A DNA stretch of 20,000 nt from an uncultured virus (IMG/VR IMGVR_UViG_3300030708_001952). Its lineage: Duplodnaviria > Heunggongvirae > Uroviricota > Caudoviricetes. A program made the position numbers and the translations under genes. Shown here in pieces: positions 9,648-16,525 of this stretch. Numbering within the stretch: position 1 is the stretch's first letter; every line of letters begins with the position of its first letter. The DNA lies in the IMG/VR virus record IMGVR_UViG_3300030708_001952; one strand, 5' to 3'. The notes under the pieces were generated by a model. It was not told where the DNA came from and did no database searches. It worked only from the letters and a program-made list of their open reading frames with translations.

Positions 9648-9881
9648 ATGACAAAAACTATCATCGAGAAGAACGGATTTCGATTCGTTACAGCTGGTAC
9701 ACTAGAGAACGGTCAACCTGATTATCGCTTGCAAGAACAGGATGAGTACACTAAACGATGGCGTGATGTGTACTATTTTGACAATGAGATGCAATTCTCG
9801 CTCGCAATCGAAGATAACGAGTATCCTAAATGGTTAACGGGCAAGCCCTGTTACATCAAAGACACCGTATCTCGTCGCTAA
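9648..9881 (+). CDS. Hypothetical protein
   Basis: 77-aa ORF in a tightly packed run of genes. Confidence 0.75.
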   Translation: MTKTIIEKNGFRFVTAGTLENGQPDYRLQEQDEYTKRWRDVYYFDNEMQFSLAIEDNEYPKWLTGKPCYIKDTVSRR

Positions 9882-9885
9882 GCTT

Positions 9886-10185
9886 ATGTTTGAACTAGGA
9901 GATTGGGTAACCGTACCACACGCTAACATTTCGGGGGCAGTGTGGTTCATAGATGACCAATACATCACGGTTACAATCAAATGTGATCTCCAAGACCATC
10001 ACGCACGCTGTCCATATGACATAACGTGCGTAGTTGTACCGCGTGAAAAATGGTCATCTATCGTGGTACACCCCGAAAAAAAGATTCATTCACTCGATCA
10101 CTTACGCTCGGTCTATGCTGGTACCTCAGAAAAGCGAATTGCTACATTTAAAACTTCAGGCAGCCCTCAGAGAACACCAGTTTGA
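9886..10185 (+). CDS. Hypothetical protein (SH3-like beta pattern F.LGDWV)
   Basis: 99-aa ORF starting 4 nt after the previous stop. Confidence 0.7.
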   Translation: MFELGDWVTVPHANISGAVWFIDDQYITVTIKCDLQDHHARCPYDITCVVVPREKWSSIVVHPEKKIHSLDHLRSVYAGTSEKRIATFKTSGSPQRTPV

Positions 10186-10312
10186 TGAGAACGAACTCAA
10201 GTACCTTGGTGTACGTGAGGTAGAAGAAGGTGCTGGTAATCATTACTATTTGATTGCTGGTGAGTATGAGGTTTGTGTTGACCAGATCGAAGACTTTGAA
10301 AGAGTGAACTGA
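10115..10312 (+). CDS. Hypothetical protein
   Basis: In frame with ORF 10034..10312. ATG 10115 (MLVPQKSELLHLKLQAALRE) is preferred because it reduces the overlap. Confidence 0.65.
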   Translation: MLVPQKSELLHLKLQAALREHQFDENELKYLGVREVEEGAGNHYYLIAGEYEVCVDQIEDFERVN

Positions 10313-10348
10313 GACACCTCTACAACGTCCTACAATGCCTCTTAAACT

Positions 10349-10849
10349 ATGTTTGGTACATCCACATCAGTCGCACTCATTTGTGCCCTCTGTAGTCCCT
10401 CAGAGCAGGTAGTATTAAATGAGTTACAAAAAGATGGCATCACAGATAAAAATGCAGTTGCTGTTATTCTTGCTAACATTAAACAAGAATCAGGGTTCAA
10501 TCCGTTAGCGTGTGAAGGATATTATCCGCGTTCAGCCACAGGATACTGGGACTGTTACAACAACACACGCGGAGGATTTGGGCTCATTCAGTGGACATCA
10601 GAGCAACGGATCAAGGGTCTTAATGACTTCTGCTCCAAGTACAAGTGTGATGCCAACACTATCAAGGGACAAATGCGCTACCTATTGAATGAATATGACT
10701 TCACAAAGGTGCGTTCCGTGTTTGAAACACCTGGACTTCCGCTCCATTCGTATAAAGACGCAGCTTTTGCGTGGATTCGTTGGGGCATCACGGGGAACAG
10801 GTGGTCTTATGCAAATGAATATATCAATAAAATCACTGTTGTAGAGTGA
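10349..10849 (+). CDS. Phage tail-type lysozyme domain protein (Phage_lysozyme2-like)
   Basis: Motif A..ILANIKQESGFNP...GGFGLIQWT...R...L...Q..YL, with the putative catalytic Glu in QES. Confidence 0.8.
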   Translation: MFGTSTSVALICALCSPSEQVVLNELQKDGITDKNAVAVILANIKQESGFNPLACEGYYPRSATGYWDCYNNTRGGFGLIQWTSEQRIKGLNDFCSKYKCDANTIKGQMRYLLNEYDFTKVRSVFETPGLPLHSYKDAAFAWIRWGITGNRWSYANEYINKITVVE

Positions 10850-10852
10850 TTG

Positions 10853-10910
10853 CAACCAGTTCTAGAGCTGGCACAGAGCCCCTGCCGCATCGCGGTGGGG
10901 GCATTATAAT
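10853..10910 (+). promoter_or_regulatory. Early-type promoter element 3
   Basis: CAACCAGTT-CTAG-AGCTGGCAC (10853-10874), hairpin GCCCCTGCCGC-ATC-GCGGTGGGGGC, then TATAAT at 10905-10910. Confidence 0.8.
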
Positions 10911-10937
10911 AGGTACATACCAAACGAGGGAGACTCG

Positions 10938-11189
10938 ATGACCACCACCGTCGTGAAGCACTGCTACTACAAGATCGAGATCGACACCGTGGACGCTCCC
11001 CAGCACCCCATCGTGTACTTCCGCAAGTGTGGCAAGTGCACCACAGCCAAGGGCGCTGACCGTCAGCACAATCGCATCGTGAACGAGACTGTCGATGCCT
11101 GGCGTCAATTCTCTCAGCAGATCCGTCGCTACACCATCTCCCGTGTGCCAGCTGACGTAGTGGTCAAAGGTGAGATCCGCAACGCCTGA
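10938..11189 (+). CDS. Hypothetical early protein (basic, CxxC)
   Basis: 83 aa with GAGGGAG upstream; follows element 3. Confidence 0.8.
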   Translation: MTTTVVKHCYYKIEIDTVDAPQHPIVYFRKCGKCTTAKGADRQHNRIVNETVDAWRQFSQQIRRYTISRVPADVVVKGEIRNA

Positions 11190-11197
11190 TCACTGCT

Positions 11198-11407
11198 ATG
11201 ATTGAACAGTTCGATTCACCTGAAGCATACGGTTCCTGGACAATGATGACCAAAGTTCAACAGCACCTCTCCATCCCTGAGAATCGCATCGATTATGCTT
11301 TTTACTTTCTTGATAACTTCAACCACGAGTTTGTAGACTTCAAGAAGTGCTACGATGCTATAGCAAAGTGGTCCGACGCACTGGACACCTCCGAGTGCCA
11401 CTACTAG
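11198..11407 (+). CDS. Hypothetical protein
   Basis: 69-aa ORF; the exact start is uncertain. Confidence 0.65.
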   Translation: MIEQFDSPEAYGSWTMMTKVQQHLSIPENRIDYAFYFLDNFNHEFVDFKKCYDAIAKWSDALDTSECHY

Positions 11408-11452
11408 GAGTGTCCACTCAGCCCCTGACACTGCTCCCGTTGGCAGTATAAT
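11395..11452 (+). promoter_or_regulatory. Early-type promoter element 4
   Basis: GTGCCACTA-CTAG-GAGTGTCCAC (11395-11417), then TATAAT at 11447-11452. Confidence 0.8.
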
Positions 11453-11474
11453 AAGCACATAAGCGAAACACCCA

Positions 11475-11714
11475 ATGCAACTCCTCACCTCCGCCACTCA
11501 AGTTGACTACTATCCCGTCACTCCGTCTGGCACCCGCTTTGTGCGCCGCGTGACCTGGCATCCTGGTGCTGAGTCTGAGATGGTCACATTCTCCACCATC
11601 GTCAAGTCTGAGATGATGTATGATGCTAACCAGCACATCGCCAACGGTGCTCAGGTTACAGACTTCAACATCCACTGCTACAACGGTCCCGACTACACTC
11701 CCCTCGCCTGCTGA
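11475..11714 (+). CDS. Hypothetical early protein
   Basis: 79-aa ORF after element 4, with C-ending codon bias. Confidence 0.8.
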   Translation: MQLLTSATQVDYYPVTPSGTRFVRRVTWHPGAESEMVTFSTIVKSEMMYDANQHIANGAQVTDFNIHCYNGPDYTPLAC

Positions 11715-11774
11715 TCCTGAGGGTCTATGTAATTGTGTCTCCAGCCGCGAGACCTCCCCTCACCTATTTTCATT

Positions 11775-11936
11775 ATGCTCAAAGCCACCATTGTCAAGAC
11801 GATCCGCGAGTGCTGCGAAGGCACTGCACTAACCAAGGTTGAGAAGTTCCAAGTCTTCTGCCACGTATGTGATAATATGCTGGCTGAAGGTCGCATCACC
11901 AAAACCCAACACGAGAGGTACACCAATGTCTTTTAA
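11775..11936 (+). CDS. Small conserved cyanophage protein
   Basis: MLKATIVKTIRECC...KFQVFCHVCDNMLAEGRITK. ATG 11775 is preferred to the ORF-track start at 11733. Confidence 0.7.
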   Translation: MLKATIVKTIRECCEGTALTKVEKFQVFCHVCDNMLAEGRITKTQHERYTNVF

Positions 11937-12117
11937 AGTCACCAGCATCAATTTTGACTTCTCTGATGACAATTTTGAGTTGCCACCTATGATGCAGGAG
12001 AAAATTGTAGCCAACTGTAAACAACAAATCTGGGACATTGATGAGGAGGACTTGGTTGATGAGATCAGTGACACATATGGCTTCTGTGTACTTGACTTAG
12101 ACTATGAAACAATGTAG
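11926..12117 (+). CDS. Small acidic hypothetical protein
   Basis: MSFKVTSINFDF...DEEDLVDEISDTYGFCV; overlaps the previous stop. Confidence 0.7.
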   Translation: MSFKVTSINFDFSDDNFELPPMMQEKIVANCKQQIWDIDEEDLVDEISDTYGFCVLDLDYETM

Positions 12118-12142
12118 ACTATAACTGTAGTTTCATAATACT

Positions 12143-12316
12143 ATGCGACACTGTATCCGCCTCTCACAAAATGAAGTTAAAGCCCTCGCAGACTCCCTCC
12201 AGTTCCTCTCAAGAAAGCAGCAAGGATCCATTGAGCGTAGTTATAACATCCGACTCGGAGACCTCTACACCCATCTCGGGCACGAACTCGGAAAAACAGA
12301 CAGTATCGGAGGATAA
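12143..12316 (+). CDS. Small hypothetical protein (not in ORF track)
   Basis: My translation: MRHCIRLSQNEVKALADSLQFLSRKQQGSIERSYNIRLGDLYTHLGHELGKTDSIGG* (57 aa). Confidence 0.6.
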   Translation: MRHCIRLSQNEVKALADSLQFLSRKQQGSIERSYNIRLGDLYTHLGHELGKTDSIGG

Positions 12317-12329
12317 ATATCGTCAGCAT

Positions 12330-12542
12330 ATGAGAGGATTGCTTGGTGATATTATCTTGGAGTACGTTAGCCACGATACAACTGTATCTCCATACGATTT
12401 CATCTCTGACATCCGAACCGAACTCTATGGTCTACAGGATTACTTTCAGGACAATTTGAACCGTGTCAATGCCATCCTCGCGTATCTTGATGGACAACAA
12501 TCGCCCCATCTTTTCCATCGCAACAAACCCAATGGACACTGA
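12330..12542 (+). CDS. Hypothetical helical protein
   Basis: 3' part of ORF 12171..12542. The Ser-rich 5' extension overlaps the 12143 gene, so a later start is preferred. Confidence 0.6.
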   Translation: MRGLLGDIILEYVSHDTTVSPYDFISDIRTELYGLQDYFQDNLNRVNAILAYLDGQQSPHLFHRNKPNGH

Positions 12543-12714
12543 AGACAAGTCTGTGAAGCGCAATCGTGCGCTCACATTGATGTTAGAGTCTGTACTCAAG
12601 CCTGACAATCGTCTCCGTCAGTGTGCACATAATCAGTTGTGTTATCACGAATTGATGGAGTACAGACAGGAAATGATTGACTATCTGCACTCACGTTATT
12701 CAGAGTTTGATTAA
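12532..12714 (+). CDS. Small conserved cyanophage protein
   Basis: MDTEDKSVKRNRALTLMLESVLKPDNRLRQCAHNQLCYHELMEYR. Confidence 0.7.
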   Translation: MDTEDKSVKRNRALTLMLESVLKPDNRLRQCAHNQLCYHELMEYRQEMIDYLHSRYSEFD

Positions 12715-13388
12715 CCCTTGTTGTTTTTGTAGTATGTAATCTGCGCTTCTGATGGTACGATGTACCCAGGTATATCAGTAGCGCAGGTTTCAGTATCCAT
12801 CCTAGGTATACGTGACGCCCACGTTGTAGCAATATATTTGACACCATTAAGGGGTGGATTGCCCCTGTGCATATGTGTATAAGATGCAGGGAAGATAACA
12901 GTTTTACCAGCTTCAGGCTTAATTCTTACACCTTGATGTAAGAACTCTGTTTCACCACCTTCAAAACCATCATTCAAGTATGTAATAATAACAAACTCTC
13001 GTCCTTGAACTAAGAACCCACTGTTATCATAATGCCACTGATGAAATCCTTCACCAGGATATGTTACCTGAATCTTAGTGGCATCCATATAAAAATCATT
13101 AGCACTAAGTTGGCTAAACTCATCCAAGTATCCACCTTCACCACCACAAAGCTTCGCCCATTGTTGATGTAGTACAAACTTTAAATCAGGACGACTACCT
13201 TCAGTCAACCAAAAAGCAAAGTCACTACGATTGTGTTGGGTATCATAACCACCCATCACACTATTCAAACCAGTAATCTTACCAGTTACAATGTCATTAG
13301 CATAAGCACAAAGCTCCTGACAAAATGATTGTGGCGCGTGATCTCTATACTCTCGTATAAAGGTCTCAGACATCCTGTAATCCGCCAT
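12711..13388 (-). CDS. 2OG-Fe(II) oxygenase, prolyl-4-hydroxylase-like (2OG-FeII_Oxy_3)
   Basis: Motifs FHQWHYD (HxD), YLND.FEGGETEF, FPASYTHMHRGNPP and KYIATTW. Confidence 0.9.
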   Translation of the reverse strand: MADYRMSETFIREYRDHAPQSFCQELCAYANDIVTGKITGLNSVMGGYDTQHNRSDFAFWLTEGSRPDLKFVLHQQWAKLCGGEGGYLDEFSQLSANDFYMDATKIQVTYPGEGFHQWHYDNSGFLVQGREFVIITYLNDGFEGGETEFLHQGVRIKPEAGKTVIFPASYTHMHRGNPPLNGVKYIATTWASRIPRMDTETCATDIPGYIVPSEAQITYYKNNKG

Positions 13389-13548
13389 TAAAAATAAACT
13401 CCTTCGCTTCTTGACGTGAGTCGAATGTAACTATTCTACCACTATCACAACGTACTGTCCACTTATCGCCAGCAGCTGTTATAATGTGGTCAAACATCGA
13501 ATCTTCCAATGCATCTAAGTCAAACTCGTCACAGTTCTTACAGCCCAT
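13366..13548 (-). CDS. Small hypothetical protein
   Basis: ATG at 13548 (MGCKNCDEFDLDAL...) with GGAG upstream; overlaps the oxygenase start. Confidence 0.65.
   Translation of the reverse strand: MGCKNCDEFDLDALEDSMFDHIITAAGDKWTVRCDSGRIVTFDSRQEAKEFIFNGGLQDV
13477..13485 (+). promoter_or_regulatory. Possible extended -10 promoter (TGT-TATAAT) for the 13575 operon
   Basis: A perfect TGnTATAAT lies inside the opposite-strand gene. Confidence 0.4.
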
Positions 13549-13574
13549 AATAATACTCCGCAAACAAACTATCT

Positions 13575-13817
13575 ATGCCACGCCCACGTAAACCCAAACT
13601 ACCAGAACCAACTAGATCAACAGATAAAGACCTGTTTCCACACGAGCCCACATTCACATACCGCATTGCATTAAGAATCAAAAAGAACACACCAGGTACA
13701 ACAGTTGCTTGGTTCTCCTGTAAAGAACACGCTCATAAGTACATTGAAAGATATAAACCAAACATCCTCCACTTTCGCTACTATGAAGCACCTAAAACCA
13801 AACGCAAGTCACGATGA
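13575..13817 (+). CDS. Small basic hypothetical protein
   Basis: 80 aa with the motif LFPHE.F.YR...AWFSC.EH..KYIERY. Confidence 0.75.
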   Translation: MPRPRKPKLPEPTRSTDKDLFPHEPTFTYRIALRIKKNTPGTTVAWFSCKEHAHKYIERYKPNILHFRYYEAPKTKRKSR

Positions 13818-14080
13818 ACAACGCAAAGCAACAGCACAGTTACTCCGTCAACTCAACCAAAAGATCCCAGCCCGTTATTAAAACATTCCGTCAAACATCA
13901 GACGCCCCTTATGATAGACACCATTACGTGTTATACTATAAGGATGGTAAACAAATAGTATTCGATGATTGGTTAAATGTACAAGCCAAATGGTTTGAAC
14001 AATGTCAACTCAACACATTAGACAGAGTAGAAGTCATTGACAAAATCAAAAGAAAACAACCAAAAGGTTTCAATTCTTGA
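13814..14080 (+). CDS. Hypothetical protein
   Basis: 88 aa with an ATGA overlap and the motif F.QTSD.PYDRHHY...VEVIDK. Confidence 0.75.
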   Translation: MNNAKQQHSYSVNSTKRSQPVIKTFRQTSDAPYDRHHYVLYYKDGKQIVFDDWLNVQAKWFEQCQLNTLDRVEVIDKIKRKQPKGFNS

Positions 14081-14087
14081 TCAACCT

Positions 14088-14219
14088 ATGCCTGATAATA
14101 ACTTACCAGGTATAATGATGTTTCTATTAGTAATCCTCACCACATTGATCACTATCACACTAGGATACATAAAGGGAAATATGCACCTGGTGACTACCCT
14201 ACACAACGCTATCAAATGA
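14088..14219 (+). CDS. Small single-TM membrane protein
   Basis: MPDNNLPGIMMFLLVILTTLITITLGY contains one hydrophobic helix. Confidence 0.65.
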   Translation: MPDNNLPGIMMFLLVILTTLITITLGYIKGNMHLVTTLHNAIK

Positions 14220-14368
14220 AGGATTTAATCACTAACTATTGGAACAAAGCTAGAGGTAAGGGACCAATTCAAACATACTGGGAGGAACAAGCACCAGCAG
14301 AAGATGATGCTAAATTATGTGATCTCAAATACAAATGTGCGGAAGGGCACACTCAAGACCACGACTGA
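14216..14368 (+). CDS. Small hypothetical protein (not in ORF track)
   Basis: ATGA overlap; MKDLITNYWNKARGKGPIQTYWEEQAPAEDDAKLCDLKYKCAEGHTQDHD* (50 aa). Confidence 0.6.
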   Translation: MKDLITNYWNKARGKGPIQTYWEEQAPAEDDAKLCDLKYKCAEGHTQDHD

Positions 14369-14567
14369 GTTTTCCACAAAGTTTTCCACAGTACTCTTAC
14401 CTATTGTGGAAAACTATTAAATGTTAAATTAAATAGGTTTGACTGTTCAATACACCCCGTAGTAGCTGCGGATATACTGTAAAGGGGCTCAGAGGTAGCA
14501 GTCTTAGCACGCAACCTACCGAAAGTCAAGAAATTGAAAAACTCAGAAATCTCAAAAATGTGGAAAT
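14369..14567. repeat. Cluster of cyanobacterial-type DnaA-box repeats with an AT-rich tract (candidate origin)
   Basis: TTTTCCACA at 14370-14378 and 14382-14390, inverted TGTGGAAAA at 14405-14413, degenerate TGTGGAAAT at 14559-14567, and an AT-rich tract at 14414-14440. Confidence 0.6.
14501..14529 (-). promoter_or_regulatory. Possible leftward sigma70 promoter
   Basis: Minus strand reads TTGACT-17 nt-TAAGAC with TG at the extended position; the -10 is imperfect. Confidence 0.4.
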
Positions 14568-14591
14568 CCGAAAAAGTTAAAAAAGTTAAAT

Positions 14592-14620
14592 TTGACAAAA
14601 TCTGAGTTTTCTCTTATAAT
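14592..14620 (+). promoter_or_regulatory. Consensus sigma70 promoter
   Basis: TTGACA (14592-14597), 17 nt, TATAAT (14615-14620), with A-tracts upstream (UP-element-like). Confidence 0.9.
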
Positions 14621-14643
14621 TAAAAAGTAAGATTTAAAGGTTA

Positions 14644-15057
14644 ATGGAAAACTCTGAAAAGTACGAAGAACTGCCTTCTTCAGCCATTGAATATTTGGAA
14701 TTGGGGTTTGATGACAATTCCGTAAAAATCATATTTAAATCAAATCTTCAAAAACAATATTCTTACAAATGTGAAGATTTGGAAGAATTTCAGAGTAGTT
14801 TTATGCAACTCTGTGGTAAACTTGAAGCCGAACAAGATAGAGATGAAGATGATAATTTGTTAGAAGATGTTAATGATACTATTGAAAGAGAAGATGTAAG
14901 CATCGGTAAGTTTATCAATCAAAGAATTGCACTTGGCAATCTCAAATTAGACTACTATCTTACAATGAGTGAAGATATGACTGAGAAGGGTTGGGAACCA
15001 TTTGAGGGTAGCACACTTCCCGATGATGGTGTCATCGTCAATGTGCCAGTTGAATAA
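14644..15057 (+). CDS. KTSC-like domain protein, acidic
   Basis: SSAI..L......V.I.FKS....Y.Y...F......SIGKFIN..I matches the KTSC pattern, with an acidic insertion. Confidence 0.65.
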   Translation: MENSEKYEELPSSAIEYLELGFDDNSVKIIFKSNLQKQYSYKCEDLEEFQSSFMQLCGKLEAEQDRDEDDNLLEDVNDTIEREDVSIGKFINQRIALGNLKLDYYLTMSEDMTEKGWEPFEGSTLPDDGVIVNVPVE

Positions 15058-15100
15058 GTGTCACAGGGTGGGTTGATTCCCACCCTTTTTGATGTATTAT
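15043..15100 (+). promoter_or_regulatory. Early-type promoter element 5
   Basis: GTGCCAGTT-GAAT-AAGTGTCAC (15043-15064), then TATTAT at 15095-15100. Confidence 0.8.
15065..15090 (+). terminator. Intrinsic terminator inside element 5
   Basis: AGGGTGGG-TTGATT-CCCACCCT-TTTT. Confidence 0.7.
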
Positions 15101-15124
15101 ACATTCATCGAACAAATTCATTCG

Positions 15125-15406
15125 ATGACTTACACTGATCCCTGCACAATCGCTCTTCAAGAGGATAAGAAACTGATGGCAATTCACAGTCAGCCAGCAT
15201 CACCTAACGCAGACGATCTTTCGGCTCTCATTGATAACTATGCTTGGCATATTATCGATGGTTTGGATCACAAATCAGCAGATCAAATGCTGTTCGATTT
15301 GTTGACACGAGAGTACGAAAAAATGACCTGGGATGAAGTCACTGAAGAGATCGTAGATCTTTATGATGAAGATACTTTGATCGATCTACTTCCTGATGCT
15401 AAGTGA
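15125..15406 (+). CDS. Acidic hypothetical early protein
   Basis: ATG 15125 lies downstream of the -10 box, whereas the ORF-track start at 15089 overlaps the promoter. Confidence 0.75.
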   Translation: MTYTDPCTIALQEDKKLMAIHSQPASPNADDLSALIDNYAWHIIDGLDHKSADQMLFDLLTREYEKMTWDEVTEEIVDLYDEDTLIDLLPDAK

Positions 15407-15430
15407 TACAAACTGGTCAGCCGCTTCGCT

Positions 15431-15488
15431 GTGCCAGTTCGCTTAGTGTCCACTACCTCTTGACCTGGGTCGCCCTAGGTCCTATATT
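15431..15488 (+). promoter_or_regulatory. Early-type promoter element 6
   Basis: GTGCCAGTT-CGCT-TAGTGTCCAC (15431-15453), TTGACC-17-TATATT (15483-15488), and a hairpin GACCTGGG...CCTAGGTC. Confidence 0.8.
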
Positions 15489-15516
15489 GACTTCAGTTCA
15501 AACAACCACGAACCCA

Positions 15517-15840
15517 ATGCGTAAGATCGAAGAGCAAATGTGCAACGCTGTTCATCACAACATCGACTGGCACAATGCTAACACCAGTGTTACCTACTGT
15601 GAGGACAATGGTGAGTCTAAAGTATACCTGCACGGCAACCACATTGCCACCGTGGGTGATGACTTCCTTCAGATCTTTGATGGTGGTTGGCAATCCAACA
15701 CCACCAAATCTCGTCTGAATGCATTGATCAATCGCTTCTGCAATGGTCTGACCGATGGTGTACATCAGAAGGACTTTTCTTGGTTCATTCGTGACAACAA
15801 CGTCACACGTGATTTCGAGAACGGTTACATCTTCGCCTGA
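15517..15840 (+). CDS. Conserved cyanophage early protein
   Basis: MRKIEEQMCNAV...VYLHGNHIA...DGGWQSNTTKSRLNALI. The start is placed after element 6. Confidence 0.85.
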   Translation: MRKIEEQMCNAVHHNIDWHNANTSVTYCEDNGESKVYLHGNHIATVGDDFLQIFDGGWQSNTTKSRLNALINRFCNGLTDGVHQKDFSWFIRDNNVTRDFENGYIFA

Positions 15841-15867
15841 GGGACTTCGGTCCCTCTCTCTTTTTTT
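15839..15867 (+). terminator. Intrinsic terminator with cUUCGg tetraloop
   Basis: GAGGGAC-TTCG-GTCCCTC-TCTC-TTTTTTT, typical of T4-like phages. Confidence 0.9.
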
Positions 15868-15870
15868 GCC

Positions 15871-15877
15871 CTAAATA
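15871..15877 (+). promoter_or_regulatory. Possible late promoter (CTAAATA)
   Basis: A late-promoter variant right after the terminator, about 20 nt before an SD-led ORF. Confidence 0.5.
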
Positions 15878-15898
15878 GTCTGCACTCTGGAGGTTACT

Positions 15899-16066
15899 AT
15901 GTCACACGGATTTGCCCCTGTTTGTATACAGCCAGTGACGTATCGTGTCACTCTGGATGTAACTACTTCGGACGAACTTGAACTGTGGAACTGGAAACAA
16001 TTACTTGAAATTGGCCGCGGCGAGAGTATAACTGTTATTGATATTGAGGAGGTTGAGGAGATATAA
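15899..16066 (+). CDS. Small hypothetical protein (not in ORF track)
   Basis: GGAGG SD; MSHGFAPVCIQPVTYRVTLDVTTSDELELWNWKQLLEIGRGESITVIDIEEVEEI* (55 aa). Confidence 0.75.
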   Translation: MSHGFAPVCIQPVTYRVTLDVTTSDELELWNWKQLLEIGRGESITVIDIEEVEEI

Positions 16067-16263
16067 TGACAGTCACTAAAGATATGCTAATTAAGCAAAT
16101 TGTCGCCGCTAGGATGAAAGTTTATGAAGGCGACAAGTATACAGAAACCCTGCACAATCTCTATGCTGAACTTGAGGCTAAAGACCTCGAATATATCGTC
16201 GCACGATATAACACAGAATCGAGCCGCCCTGTGACAGTTGACGAGGTGTCTACTTTGCTCTGA
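16066..16263 (+). CDS. Hypothetical protein
   Basis: 65 aa with a TAATG overlap and a GAGGAG SD. Confidence 0.75.
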   Translation: MTVTKDMLIKQIVAARMKVYEGDKYTETLHNLYAELEAKDLEYIVARYNTESSRPVTVDEVSTLL

Positions 16264-16289
16264 CGATCGGCAGACCCTATGCTTATAAT
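16231..16289 (+). promoter_or_regulatory. Early-type promoter element 7
   Basis: GTGACAGTT-GACG-AGGTGTCTAC (16231-16253), then TATAAT at 16284-16289. Confidence 0.8.
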
Positions 16290-16295
16290 GTCTGT

Positions 16296-16493
16296 ATGAT
16301 CAATCAAACCTACACCATCGAGTGCCCTGCACTCTCCGAAACCGAAACCACCACCGACCTGGATCGGGCGTGGGACCTGTGCTTCTCTATGCATCAGGAG
16401 TCCGACTCATACGCTTGCGTACGGGACGCCTCTGGTGATATCATCGGAGAGTATGGCGATGTTATCCAAGGCATCGCTGACCTGCTCTTCTGA
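16296..16493 (+). CDS. Hypothetical early protein (probably leaderless mRNA)
   Basis: The ATG begins 7 nt after the end of TATAAT. Confidence 0.75.
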   Translation: MINQTYTIECPALSETETTTDLDRAWDLCFSMHQESDSYACVRDASGDIIGEYGDVIQGIADLLF

Positions 16494-16525
16494 GCAGTAC
16501 ACCTGAACCATTGCTTTCTTTTACT

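Noticed and set aside
12103..12137. 8-bp inverted repeat TATGAAAC/GTTTCATA
   Set aside because: AT-rich, single copy with a long loop; could be chance.
12171..12329. Ser-rich N-terminal extension of ORF 12171..12542
   Set aside because: Better explained as an off-frame reading of the 12143..12316 gene.
13454..13485. ACTGTCCAC half-site before TATAAT as a tenth element
   Set aside because: The left half-site is poor and the distance to the -10 is 17 nt rather than about 30.
14401..14598. 65-aa minus-strand ORF in the intergenic gap
   Set aside because: Low-complexity Phe-rich translation of A-tracts that overlaps two promoters; unlikely to be coding.
15042..15065. Palindrome as an NtcA (GTA-N8-TAC) or CRP (TGTGA-N6-TCACA) site
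   Set aside because: Half-site sequence and spacing do not match either consensus.
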